A stretch of 64,000 bases of DNA, taken from NCBI RefSeq assembly GCF_001194135.2, contig NC_068984.1, forward strand, positions 26,279,059-26,343,058, in the 5' to 3' direction. Position 1 is the first letter of the stretch, and every line of letters begins with the position of its first letter. The DNA is from Octopus bimaculoides. Taxonomy: Eukaryota. This document shows positions 36,157-49,625 of this stretch, piece by piece. A program made the translations under genes and the position numbers. The notes beneath the pieces are model-generated. The model was not told the DNA's origin. It made no database searches and saw only the letters and a list, made by a program, of their open reading frames with translations.

Positions 36157-37829
36157 TGTCGGCGTGTGTATTCAGGCATGTGTGTAAGCGTTTTTGTGTG
36201 TGTTTTGAGTGAGTAAATGCTTATGAGTGTGTAAGTGCTGGTGTACGTTTATAAGACGTAAATAAAATTTGGCAACGGATGGTTTGTGAAGGAGATAATG
36301 CAAAATATGCAAAGAGCAAAGATATATTGAAAATAAATAAGAAAAAAAAATGAGCAACAGATATGTATGTATGCATGTACATATATATATGTGTGTATGT
36401 ATATCTATCTATCTATATATGTATATATATTTAGAGAGAGAGAGAGAGAGAGGTGAGGGAGAGAAGGCTAGAGAAAGAGTAAAAAGGAAATATTAAATCG
36501 AATGATACGCTCCTTCACCCCCCTTTTCTCTCTTCTAAGAGAAAAATGGAAAAGTCGTTTTGGTTGCCAAATATGATTTATTAGTGAAGTATTTAAAAAA
36601 AGATTTTCTGTTATTTTTGCTATTTTTAAATTTCTCGCTTTGTTGTTTTTGTTGTGGATTCTGGACAATGCACCGCTCCTTTTTGCCGTTCCGTAAGTTA
36701 AGTAAAACAATGTTGACATTTGCGCGTTTTGGTATTTGTTTTTGTTGATTTTTGCTCCCCGTATTTATGTAAAACTGACTACAATGACAAAGAAGTGGCC
36801 AGTTTCGTTGTTTCTTGCCCCAACAAATTTATATGCATTTTTGAAACTGCCCCGCAAAAGTTTAATCTATAACATCAAACATGATGTCCATGTTGACAAC
36901 CAGTCGACAGGGCATGAGAGAGTAGGAGATGATTCAGAGAGGGTTTAGATTTCTTAACTGCCCTGATGAGATTCACCGAGTGAGTGGAGATCAACTGAGA
37001 GTTGTGGTGAAGAGAAGACTTAGGTGATACGCATGTGGTAGCACCAAATATCAGAAGACCTGCTGGCCTCAGGGGAGATGAAAGGTATTAACCCTTTTGC
37101 CAAAATTACCTCCTTCATTCACCACTGCTACTACCACTTCTACTACAACCAATAGCCGTCGGCACGACTATATTAACAGTCAATAAGAGTGTTATCAGTA
37201 GTAACAACAGCAAAAAAGAAAAGCAGTAATAATTGTAGCAATAACAATTATAACAGCACTAATTACAATATCAGTAGTGGAAACCGAAGCAGAGCCTTCG
37301 AAATAAAGCCACAACAGCAATTACAACTCAGTACCGCGATTAACAGAAATCTTCTAGTAGTGCTCTCTCCGCCAGCGAAACAAAATACGCACATTTGAAG
37401 AAATATCCTCTCATATCAGACCTCTCTAACTGTGAGGTTTTGTGCTATTATGCGGCTAAGGCCTAAAGTTCGTCGCAGGAATTCTTTGTCAGGGTAAAGA
37501 AATAAAATTCAGAGGAGGGAAAAGGATTATCACAAGCTGAAAACTGAAAGATTCGACAGGACACCAGAAAACCCGTAAGCCATCCACAGATATCATACTA
37601 CGACGAAAACCACCACCACCACCACCACCATCACTACTACAAGTCCCATCATAATCACCACCACTGCCACCTTCACCAGTGCGACCATCATGATCATCAC
37701 AATAGCAACATCAACAAAAACAGTGAACCTGCAACCACACCACGAGTATGGGGAATAACTTCAGGAAATCTCTTTCATCTTCAATATGATAAACACTAAC
37801 CTTTCTAATCAGAACAAACAAATATTAGT

Positions 37830-38200
37830 TCTGTGTAGAAAACTCAAACGAGAACCACAGTGGAGAGCAACTCTCATATCTAGGACACTACTATTGCTAT
37901 ACATAGACATAGTAAACTGCATCCAAAGAAAGATCTCTCTAGTATTGCCATGAAGTCACTCACCTAAATACTCCAACCTAGCCCACATGTATACTATCTA
38001 CCCTCTCTGCTAATACAATACCTTTTGCTGGCTGGTCTCGTACCAGTCCCGCTCGAACACTTTCTGATTACGCGCACACTTTTTCTCGTCAACTATACTT
38101 GAGCGTTTCTCATCAACCGTCATGAACAGTTGGAACAATTTGAACTCCATGAATTTCATTCTTGAACCTATTTTTCCTGTAGCTGTTTATGTACAAAATT
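37830..38200 (+). mobile_element. Decayed CR1/L2-like LINE 3' end
   Basis: FSSTVMNSWNNL (38128-38163) resembles the FS.RV.N.WN.LP C-terminal motif. Confidence 0.4.
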
Positions 38201-38682
38201 TCGAGTGGAGCAATAATTTTGTGAGCCATCAAGACTGATGATATGATAGCTTTTCAAGCCATCATCTCACCAACCTTGGTAGTTTAAAATGGACATCGAC
38301 ACAATTCCTTCTATCACACGAAACCAATAGAATCAAATTAAAGAAGTATACCGATGCATTTATGTATGTGTATACATTTATTCATACATATTTTCATATA
38401 TATAACTACATACATATAACGTGTAAGAATACGTTAAATAGGGCGTGTAATAGACACGGAGAACTAGTGATCACACCGGACCAGATATCTAAAGTCTAAC
38501 GTCGACTGAAAAGTGATAGAATCCAGGCAAATGAGTGTTGGCTACAAGCGATGTACCTGTCGAGCTAACGAAAGTACAATAAAATAGAATAAAATAAAAG
38601 ATAATTAAGCAGAAAATATGGAAAATCAGGAAAACGATAGTGCATAGTAATTCTTCACAGATATGTATACATCCTGAAAGTT

Positions 38683-39040
38683 CATACTTTAATATCACAG
38701 ATGGAAGAGGAGAAAATCCGAGTTTATCTTCGTAGTCGTTCTTCGTGGATAGGTAGGTAAATATTCGGAGAGTTCATACTCAGACCTTACAAATAAGAGA
38801 GTGGAGAATGAAGTTAATTCTTTACAGTTGTTTCTAGGGTTTTGTAGTCAGTAATGTGCATTGTGTGTATATATACATGGAGTAGATTGGTGCTAACGAA
38901 TGTATATAAAATGATGAAAGTATAAATTATATGAACACAAACCGCATCTTCAGAAGGGATATTTACTTATCTATCCACGAAGAACAACTACGAAGAACTA
39001 CTCGGATCCTTCTCACTTTTATCTGTGATACTAAAGTATG
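38683..39040. mobile_element. Old MITE-like inverted-repeat element (~358 bp)
   Basis: ~83-bp arms 38683-38765 / 38958-39040, roughly 80% complementary. Confidence 0.7.
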
Positions 39041-39056
39041 TTCCTACTTTTGAGGA

Positions 39057-39207
39057 GGGGCCAGTCGATTAGATCGACCCCAGTACGCAACTGGTACTTA
39101 ATTTATCGATCCCGAAAGGATGAAAGGCAAAGTCGACCTCGGCGGAATTTGAACTTAGATCGTAAAAGCAGACGAAATACCACTAAGCATTTCGCCCGGC
39201 GTGCTAA
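39057..39207 (-). mobile_element. SINE family N
   Basis: GATCCCGAAAGGATGAAAGGCAAAGTCGACCTCGGCGGAATTTGAAC...CGCCCGGCGTGCTAA. Confidence 0.9.
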
Positions 39208-39383
39208 ATTATGAAGAATTATTATAAACTCACTTTTCGATATTCCATTTATTCTGCTTGATGTCATTTATATAATACTCACTTCTGTATAACTGTTTTA
39301 CAAATCCTTTGATGCCATTAACAACTGCTTGTCCATCTTCTATTTCAATGTACTTTGATTGCATACATAAACACGTATGTTTG

Positions 39384-39446
<63 letters not shown>

Positions 39447-40044
39447 GGCTAGCTAGCTATATACATGTATACACAGGCACCCCCCTACACACTCTCACAT
39501 ACACACCCTTCTATGAAAGGTTTATCCTACAGGGCATGCTATATGAAAAATAATAATACATACTTATCTGATCTCTATATAGACTTAAATTAATTACAAA
39601 TCTTTCTAGAAGCTAGTATGACTTAAGGCTGGTGATTATTAGTTCGTAGTGTAACAGGATAAGGCGCTGGTCTCACATATTTAAGCTTGCTTTCTTTCTT
39701 TCCATTTGTAAACTTAGGAACCGTTCTTTTGTTAAATTAATTGTTTTGCACAGATGCACACTAAAAGATATAAGATAAATTAAAAGCAAAAATACAAGAT
39801 GAAATGGAGAATAGACTTGCTAAGAGGAATGTGTAGAGAAAAGAAGAAACGTTTATGTTCTGTTATTGAAAAACTATCTTGAAACAGGTCGAAAATAAAG
39901 AGAAAGAGATATGGAGGATGAGACAGAAAAATAAAGACTGAATGAAAGATAGATAGGGTGACAGAAAGGCTGAAAAAGGATACGTTAAGTGAAATAATAA
40001 AGACATTGGAGGTTGAATGCAGAAAGAGTAATCATAGTGAAATG

Positions 40045-40089
<45 letters not shown>

Positions 40090-40216
40090 TTGACTTATGA
40101 AAAAAGAGAATAAGAGAGAAACAGCGAGTGGGAGGGAAAAAAGTAATAGTGGGATAGAAATAAAAGAGTGAACTAATAAAGGTATGTATGTTCTTTTAGA
40201 TGTTAATATACATACG

Positions 40217-40288
<72 letters not shown>

Positions 40289-42196
40289 NNNNNNNNNNNN
40301 NNNNNNNNNNNNNNNNNNNNNNNNNNNNNNNNNNNNNNNNNNNNNNNNNNNNNNNNNNNNNNNNNNNNNNNNNNNNNNNNNNNNNNNNNNNNNNNNNNNN
40401 NNNNNNNNNNNNNNNNNNNNNNNNNNNNNNNNNNNNNNNNNNNNNNNNNNNNNNNNNNNNNNNNNNNNNNNNNNNNNNNNNNNNNNNNNNNNNNNNNNNN
40501 NNNNNNNNNNNNNNNNNNNNNNNNNNNNNNNNNNNNNNNNNNNNNNNNNNNNNNNNNNNNNNNNNNNNNNNNNNNNNNNNNNNNNNNNNNNNNNNNNNNN
40601 NNNNNNNNNNNNNNNNNNNNNNNNNNNNNNNNNNNNNNNNNNNNNNNNNNNNNNNNNNNNNNNNNNNNNNNNNNNNNNNNNNNNNNNNNNNNNNNNNNNN
40701 NNNNNNNNNNNNNNNNNNNNNNNNNNNNNNNNNNNNNNNNNNNNNNNNNNNNNNNNNNNNNNNNNNNNNNNNNNNNNNNNNNNNNNNNNNNNNNNNNNNN
40801 NNNNNNNNNNNNNNNNNNNNNNNNNNNNNNNNNNNNNNNNNNNNNNNNNNNNNNNNNNNNNNNNNNNNNNNNNNNNNNNNNNNNNNNNNNNNNNNNNNNN
40901 NNNNNNNNNNNNNNNNNNNNNNNNNNNNNNNNNNNNNNNNNNNNNNNNNNNNNNNNNNNNNNNNNNNNNNNNNNNNNNNNNNNNNNNNNNNNNNNNNNNN
41001 NNNNNNNNNNNNNNNNNNNNNNNNNNNNNNNNNNNNNNNNNNNNNNNNNNNNNNNNNNNNNNNNNNNNNNNNNNNNNNNNNNNNNNNNNNNNNNNNNNNN
41101 NNNNNNNNNNNNNNNNNNNNNNNNNNNNNNNNNNNNNNNNNNNNNNNNNNNNNNNNNNNNNNNNNNNNNNNNNNNNNNNNNNNNNNNNNNNNNTATATAT
41201 ATATACATATATATGTGTGTATGCATGTGCGCATGTATATATATATATATGTGGATATGTATGTATGTATGTATACATGTATGCATATGTGAGAGCAGTT
41301 GCACGTAGTAACGTGTGGGATGGATGGTTATCGTTAGTAATATCCAATGAGCCCGCCAATAATATTTATTCTATTTTGCACACCAGACTAACACGTTGCT
41401 ATGTCAGGTTGAGTGATATACGATAGGTCCTGAGTATGTTTCACTAACCTCCTACCCTTAGTCGCCTAGCGCTACTGTCTTTGATATTAATCGTTTTCAT
41501 AACACAATCTTCCAACGAAGAATATTTATAAACATCTATCGAATTTGATAATTGCCCACAACTTTGATATGTATGTATNNNNNNNNNNGTGACTAAATAC
41601 AGGAGCTGACAAGTAAATACCAAATACACAGAGTTGAAACGCTGTTTGGTTTTTCTTTTCAGCGTTGAATATTCACCATCCCACTTCCATTGCACAAACA
41701 CACACACACACACATACACACACAAACACACACACAAACATTCACATACCTCCCTTTTACACACACACACATAAACTGACACAGAGTTGAAGCGCTGTTT
41801 GATTTATCTTTTTCACCGTGAAGTTTCCATCATCCCACTACGAAGTTTGCCATCACTTCTTCCTTCTTTATTCATCTATCACACCTTTCTTTTTCATTCA
41901 TATGTTGTGACGGAGAAGAACACAAAGGTATTATTATAGTAGATAAGGTACAAAACCAAGATTTTAGTTTAATAATTCTTTTACAACCAAACTTGTGAAA
42001 AATCTATCGCGACTAACATCCTTTGACTGCTTCTTTCCTTTAAAAGAATTTTAAAGTTTTCCTTCTTTCTTGTCAGACTTAAGGCCACATAAAGCTGGCC
42101 GTGGCTAAATACAAGAGCTGGTATGTAAATACCAAATACACAGAGTTGAAACGCTGTTTGATTTATTTTGTTCTCTCTCTCTCTCTCTCTCTCTCT

Positions 42197-42237
<41 letters not shown>

Positions 42238-43165
42238 NNNNNNNNNNNNNNNNNNNNNNNNNNNNNNNNNNNNNNNNNNNNNNNNNNNNNNNNNNNNNNN
42301 NNNNNNNNNNNNNNNNNNNNNNNNNNNNNNNNNNNNNNNNNNNNNNNNNNNNNNNNNNNNNNNNNNNNNNNNNNNNNNNNNNNNNNNNNNNNNNNNNNNN
42401 NNNNNNNNNNNNNNNNNNNNNNNNNNNNNNNNNNNNNNNNNNNNNNNNNNNNNNNNNNNNNNNNNNNNNNNNNNNNNNNNNNNNNNNNNNNNNNNNNNNN
42501 NNNNNNNNNNNNNNNNNNNNNNNNNNNNNNNNNNNNNNNNNNNNNNNNNNNNNNNNNNNNNNNNNNNNNNNNNNNNNNNNNNNNNNNNNNNNNNNNNNNN
42601 NNNNNNNNNNNNNNNNNNNNNNNNNNNNNNNNNNNNNNNNNNNNNNNNNNNNNNNNNNNNNNNNNNNNNNNNNNNNNNNNNNNNNNNNNNNNNNNNNNNN
42701 NNNNNNNNNNNNNNNNNNNNNNNNNNNNNNNNNNNNNNNNNNNNNNNNNNNNNNNNNNNNNNNNNNNNNNNNNNNNNNNNNNNNNNNNNNNNNNNNNNNN
42801 NNNNNNNNNNNNNNNNNNNNNNNNNNNNNNNNNNNNNNNNNNNNNNNNNNNNNNNNNNNNNNNNNNNNNNNNNNNNNNNNNNNNNNNNNNNNNNNNNNNN
42901 NNNNNNNNNNNNNNNNNNNNNNNNNNNNNNNNNNNNNNNNNNNNNNNNNNNNNNNNNNNNNNNNNNNNNNNNNNNNNNNNNNNNNNNNNNNNNNNNNNNN
43001 NNNNNNNNNNNNNNNNNNNNNNNNNNNNNNNNNNNNNNNNNNNNNNNNNNNNNNNNNNNNNNNNNNNNNNNNNNNNNNNNNNNNNNNNNNNNNNNNNNNN
43101 NNNNNNNNNNNNNNNNNNNNNNNNNNNNNNNNNNNNNNNNNNNNNNNNNNNNNNNNNNNNNNNNN

Positions 43166-43201
<36 letters not shown>

Positions 43202-43332
43202 ACGTGTTAATTTTCGTTCAGTACACGAAGCTGTTTTGATGAAATTCGTCGGAAAGTTTGTAAATGTTTATTTTCATCATTGCGAGCAATTTCTGTATCC
43301 GCCTTTGTTCAAACAAGTCGTGTCAAGACCGT

Positions 43333-43348
43333 TAGCGCCACCTGCACA
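43333..43348 (-). promoter_or_regulatory. CTCF-like motif TGTGCAGGTGGCGCTA
   Basis: Matches the SYAGRKGGCRS core plus TA, but lacks the upstream CCA; lies in a unique island between (TG)n arrays. Motif match only. Confidence 0.35.
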
Positions 43349-43669
43349 TACATGTGTTGTTCTCTGATAATTACCTGTGAGCATGGCACACTGCCATCGA
43401 CATTTATCTCCTCATTAACACTGAACTGGGTACACACCCTCGCCAAAATTAATATTGCGGTCACTGTTATCATTGCAGCTGGTGTCGTAAGGGATTTTGT
43501 GTGTATGTGTGTGTGTGTGTTTGTGTATTTGCGCATGCGCATTTGTAGATCTGTGAGTTTTTGTTGTGGTTGTTTTTTATTGTTATATTATCATTATAGT
43601 TGTAGGGTTCTTTTGTTTTATTCCTCTGTAATTTCTTTCTGTATGTACGTGGTGCTTGTGTGTGTGTGT

Positions 43670-43715
<46 letters not shown>

Positions 43716-43887
43716 CTGTGCGACATGCTTCTTTAAATTAATTCCCCACCCCATTTTACTTTCATCGGCCCTTTAGTTCTGAATAAGACAGATTGAAACT
43801 TTCAATAGCATGTCTCATTGTACATATTTCCACTCTGTCATTTGACAAGTGACTCCTGATTCGCCATCATCATCATCATCATCATCA

Positions 43888-43924
<37 letters not shown>

Positions 43925-46562
43925 CACCACCACCACTAAAACCNNNNNNNNNNNNNNNNNNNNNNNNNNNNNNNNNNNNNNNNNNNNNNNCACCAAAACC
44001 ACCACCACCACCACCATTGCTGTCTCTCTTCAACCGCCATTTAATTTTTCTTTGCTGCAATTCGTGATATAATAATTTAGTTTACTTTCTCTAAAACTCA
44101 CTTACTCTCACCTTTATGCTGTCGATCGACCTGAAATATAGCACGCGAATGTCCTTCAAATCAGCCTCTGTATTCGGGATGAGGAGAAAGTACTCATGGA
44201 ATAGTCGTATTGTCTGGAAATAATGACTGGATAGTCACGACTGGAACACTTTTAGAGAAAGTTTGTTTGATCAGTGCTGACCATGGAATTAACGTGGTGG
44301 GTGCAAACTGTAGCTAAAAATCTTGCTAGGTAGCCATGAGGTCATTGGGAAACTGTTTTTTATCACAACAGGGTTTCGCTAAATATCGTAAGTAGAAATT
44401 GGTAGGTAGAAACTGTAGAACTGGAGATACTCCAGATATTTGTGTGGGTCTCCTTCATGCGCAGTTTCTGTGTATATTATGTAAGTGAATATCTTTCAGC
44501 TGATATTTAGCCGGAAAAGTTGTAAACATTGGCGAGAAAAAATAGAATACCGGTTTTTGATATTGGTTCGGTATCGAATTACGGACACACCTTTGGCATT
44601 GTTACGGACACACCTTTGGCAATGTAGTGATTGATCCGTTGGAAACCTGTAACCACCGATGCTATTTTTCATCAATAGCAATTTAATAAACAATAAACAA
44701 ACAAAAGCTAAGAAATAAGTAATGAAATTTAGAACATAAAACTTTTAAACTCTTTTCTGTTCTACAAAACGTAGTTTAACCACTCTGATTACGTTGATGT
44801 TTGCAATATCCGCGTTGATCCCAACTCATAAAACCATGGACTTGTAACTTATCCTTTTCGTCCATGAGATTTTCATAATGCATCATAATAATACATTAAA
44901 CCCCACAAAAATAAAATAATTTTAATGTTTTCCTCCTTGACGCAATAAAATGGATTAACACGTAATTTTAGTGTTTATAAAGAGAAGTTTTAATTTTACA
45001 GTGAGCAATTTTTCATTCGTACGATAACGGTCCTGGTGTGGTGTATTTACAAACGTTGACCCGGAAAAACAATAAGAGATGACCACTTGTAAGTAACTCA
45101 CCTGCCTCTTTGGAAGGTGTTCGCATGTAAATTATGGATAACACTTGAGAAACAAGGCTTTTTAGTTTAAATGAGAGGATTTTACTGTAACGCATTTAAA
45201 TTTGAATTATGCACAATTAAATTCGAAACTTTGTGTATGTGTGTGTGCACGCGCACGCGTACGCGTGTGCGTTTCTGTGTTTGAAGGCCTTTTCCTGCTT
45301 TATATATTTTACTGCTCATTCCGATATTTTGCCCTTTTCAGTTATGCTTCCTGCCTCTAAAAGGGTGTTGGTGTTTGCTGCGTTACTTTCTTGCATCTGG
45401 AATAGATAGAGTGTTTGGTTGCTGACTTCTACGACCGGGCAGGAAGCGACTTCCTCTGACACTTCCGGAACTGAGAATTGTGGTGCTCTGAAAATGCTGT
45501 CGACTTCTCCCTCCGCCTTTCCGTCTTACACTTTTGTCCACCACCTCGGGAGAAAGATTCTCAATTGGTTTTTGCTATCACAACTGTAACAACTAAGCTT
45601 TCTGCTTTGCACTATCAGTTTTATGTCCTTCGTTTCTGCATCCCCAAGAAAACACAGCTCAAGTATGACGGGTCCCCCTTGACTAAATATCCTCCCTTTA
45701 CATTGACCAGTCAATAATACTGTGACAAAAGAGTGACAATGAACCAAGAACCAATATCGTTGCAAATACCCCTGACTGTTACCCCTATATTTCTCTGCTC
45801 CAAATATTGGAGCACAAGTATATGGTTAGGCATATCCGTTATTATTTCAGCCTGTATGGAGGTTGAGTTTTTTTACCCAAAACCTATAAAGACAGTTCCG
45901 TAACCCTAACATGCACAATGGAAAGAATTTCACTTGATATACGTGAAAGTCTTCTTTCAATTGTTGTTTTGAAAGCAACTGAATATCTTCATCATTTTTC
46001 GGGATGCAAAGATAGATGACTTTTACCTTGTTAATTCATATAGATACTGCACAGTCGAGGAAAGATTGTGTGGCTTAAACTGACTTTTTCTTTTCCATGA
46101 GTTTAGTTATATCAAGTATTTCTGCTGAAATAATATGCATGACTATTATTTCACTTGGCGGTGTAAGTGTGTATATGAATGTCGTCGTTGTTGTTAACAC
46201 AAAGTAACAATACACAAAATAGCGGGGTTTTTTGTTTTCATGAAGATATAAGTTTTTATCTTCTTCTAAAACGTGTGTGTTCTGATTTACATTATTTTCT
46301 TGCACTTTTGCATGTGTGTTTTGTGAGTGTGATACTCTTGGTGTTGATTTTTTTGTTTTACGGGTAGGCGTGGCTGGATATTTTTTCAGTATGTAGACAG
46401 AGTAAAGGAACTATCATTTGTCTGATAATATAAAAAAAAACCACTCTTTCATGCAGTTTCATGAGGGAAAATCCTTCACTTCTTGGGGTGATTCGAAAAC
46501 TTGTCAGACTACGGTATTTATGAATAACAAGAAGAAAAAAAAGAAGAAAAAGAAGAACAACA

Positions 46563-46628
<66 letters not shown>

Positions 46629-46636
46629 GCAATAAA

Positions 46637-46749
46637 AACATTTTCAATACAGTAACCTTAAGAGCATCGCAGCAAACCACAGCACATACCCAAGGCACAA
46701 AGAGCTGCGCTCGATAGTGAAGTGAAAGCACGCGATAAAGATAAAACTA

Positions 46750-46752
<3 letters not shown>
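46637..46752 (+). mobile_element. RLE-type LINE family B 3' UTR fragment
   Basis: TTTCAATACAGTAACC...GTGAAGTGAAAGCACG...AAAACTACTGAATAATAAT; same family as 16765; both flanks (AAT)n. Confidence 0.85.
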
Positions 46753-46796
<44 letters not shown>

Positions 46797-46797
<1 letters not shown>

Positions 46798-46945
46798 CCT
46801 TTCTACTACAGCCACAACGCCTGAAATTTTCGGGGAGGGGATCAGTCGATTACATCGACCCCAGTGGGTAATTCGTACTTAATTCATCGATCTCAAAAGG
46901 ATGAACGGCAAAGTCGACCCTGGCTGCATTTGAACTCAGAACAAG
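46797..46945 (-). mobile_element. SINE family N, partial
   Basis: CAGTCGATTACATCGACCCCAG...GGCAAAGTCGACC...TTTGAACTCAGAAC. Confidence 0.8.
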
Positions 46946-46974
46946 ACAGTCGAAATAATAATAACAATAATGAT

Positions 46975-47512
46975 AATGAACCAGAAGTAGTCACCGACGA
47001 CAATTGATATAAAATATTCTACAATCTAGTGATTTCCTAATCGATGCTCGGAGGCCAGATGTTGTGGTAGATAAAGGAAGAAAGGAAACCAAGATTATAG
47101 ATATTGCAATACCTGGGGTTGCATATATAAGTGACAAAGTACTAGAAAAGATTGAAAGGTACAGACCACTAAAAAACGAAATTGCAAGAATGTGGACTAT
47201 GAGGAGAGTCTATGTTATCTCAGTAATTGCAGGGGCACTGGGAGCACTAAGAACCAAGTTCGAGAAATATGTCAGAGAAATCGGAATTGACATGAGAGCA
47301 GAACAAACCCATAAAACTGCTCTGCTGGGGACAGCTAGGATTTTGAGATTGGTACTTGGGTGTTGAATGTCTTCTACAAGAATTAACAACCAAATATCAA
47401 AGCTTATAATGTGCGGAAAGAGACCCTGTGAGACCTCTGACAACACGCTGATGTCCACTCTCACAGAATCAACCAGAGCAAACAAGACCGAGCGCTCTGA
47501 GAAGTAAAACAA
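46975..47512 (+). mobile_element. RLE-type LINE 3' fragment, family C
   Basis: PDVVVDKGRKETKIIDIAIPG...EKIERYRPLKNEIARMW...AGALGA...KTALLGTARILRLVLGC*; starts and ends in AAT repeats. Confidence 0.9.
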
Positions 47513-47521
47513 TAATAATAA

Positions 47522-47712
47522 TAGTTTCAAATTCTGGTGGAAAGCCAGCAATTTTGGCGAAGTGGGTAAGTCGATTACATGGACCCCAGTCAACTGGTAC
47601 TTATTTTATCCACCCTGAAAAGGATGAAAGGCAAAGATGACCTCAGTGGAATTTGAACTCAGAACGTAAGGGTGGACGAAATGCTGCTAAACATTTTGCT
47701 TGGCGTGATAAC
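47522..47712 (-). mobile_element. SINE family N
   Basis: AAGGATGAAAGGCAAAG...GGAATTTGAACTCAGAACG. Confidence 0.85.
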
Positions 47713-49424
47713 GATTAATGATAATAATAATAATAAGAAGAATAGGAATAAGAATAAGAAAATGTGCTACAAAGATTGCAACGGGCCAGGAATCAATATC
47801 ACTGACTACACCTTTGACTGTAACCCGTATATTTTCCTGGCCCATGTAATGTGATATAAGCCTATGAGTAGGTATGTGGCTCTCCAACTCAATATATCGT
47901 TTTGTCTCTTCCTCAGTCTAGAAAAACAGGTAAACAGTTTCATATATTTTGTTGCAGTTGATATTCTATCGGAACCTTCCTTACAAGTCCCTTTGAGAGC
48001 GACTGAAAACCCCCACTTTTGTTTATAAAGCATAGGTAATTTATTCCTCTTTAGTTCCACTACTGGGTAAGAATCCCGGGTAAAGAAGCATTTGTTTCGG
48101 TCACATACAAGTGCCAGGCAGTTGGTTTCTCCACTAGTTGACTCGTATTTAAAAATACCTTGTTGCAGGCAAGGTGATGAATATAGAACTATTTGTTTTC
48201 CACGTAAGAATTTTGGTAACATTGTTTGTGTGTATCATGATGCGGGATGTATATGCCTACGAAAAATTTTTTTTCCACCTGTGTATTTTTGAAGTGCAAA
48301 TATCTCTATCTTGTTCACATGTCCTTTGTTTCCCGGCGTCAATGTGCAAAACTGCGTCTGGCGGAGTCGTGAAGCTGAAGTCTACTAAGTTTTCCTTGTT
48401 CGCAACCTTCCTCGGTAGTCCCCACCGCTCCTGGGATCACACAACTGGAAATGCTCTGTCTGCTGCCAGTTGTAGTAGACGGCTGCCAAGACAGTAGCGA
48501 ACACGCCTGGCTTGTATTTAAGGCTCGCAGGCCAAACAACAATTTCTTAATTAGGTACGAATCATTGAGTAATAGAAAGGAAACTGGATATTGTGACGTT
48601 CATGCTTTTCCTAAATATATTAGCGAAATAACTGAAGCGTTTCAAAACGGGAAAAAGTTTGCCACACATTCATTTGGCAGAGAATCTGCTGCCAGCGTTT
48701 CACTTCATATTTGAAGATGTTTCTTTCTTTTTCTTTTCTACTTTGATATTCGATACTTGGCCGACAGATCATGTAATGGTCGCTTGAACTGGTATGGATA
48801 AATCTATTTCTGTTCGTTGGGGGAAATGTAAGAATAACCTGTCTGGAAGTTCGACACTTCGGCGCGTCAAAACAGTATGAGACGGCTGTCGATTATAAGA
48901 GCTTTGTGTAATATACTATACAAACTAATATAGCAACTCTATGAGAGCTCTTTAGAGAATTGAAAGATCATCCCTTGAATAGCTTACATATTAATAAGAA
49001 ACATTGGCTATTGACTCACTTGGGTTTCTTATTTAATTTTCTGTTATTTATTTATTTATTTATTTATCTATTTATTTATCAATTCACATTTTCTTCATCG
49101 TTTTAAGTCAGCTTCTTAAAAAGAATGAAAGTTACTACTTAAATAGCAACAGTAAGGTCAACGACATCAACACCATCAGCATCACCGGCACCAATAAAAA
49201 CAAAACAAAATCAACATAGAAGCCTTTATGCAGGCGCTCACCATGCTGGAAATAGCAGCTAAATCTCCTTCAAGTCATGCGCTACTGTGTTGGTAAAAGA
49301 AGGAACATGTAAGACCAAAAATTAAGGTTGATTTAGTCAACTAACTCCTTTCCACGAATTTCTGGCATTGCGCATATGTTAGGAAACAAATACAATTTTC
49401 TTGTTGGGCAATGGATTGGTATAT

Positions 49425-49625
49425 TTGTAAGGGAATCGGACAAATTGCTTCTCGATATTTGTTTCGGCTTTTTACATATTGAATTTAAGTCTCGCCGAGG
49501 TGAGCCTTGCCCATTGTCCTTCCGGAATCGATAAAATAAAACACTAGTCATGTTACTGGGCCGATGGTATCAACTAACCCACTCCCCCAAAATTGCTGCC
49601 CTTGTGTCCAAATTACAAACAATTA
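49425..49625 (+). mobile_element. SINE family N (old copy)
   Basis: CGCCGAGGTGAGCCTTGCC...ATCGATAAAATAA...CCCCAAAATTGCTGCCCTTGTG. Confidence 0.65.

Noticed and set aside
36960-37000. CTGATGA followed by a hairpin
   Set aside because: No GAAA, stem III or stem I; lies in a probable decayed RTE tail.
47690-48720. GC-richer block with 138-aa and other ORFs; faint CR1/L2 endonuclease resemblance (KPTAWHLYVTET...NKSGG)
   Set aside because: Similarity too weak and fragmented; probably a decayed retroelement but not assignable by eye.
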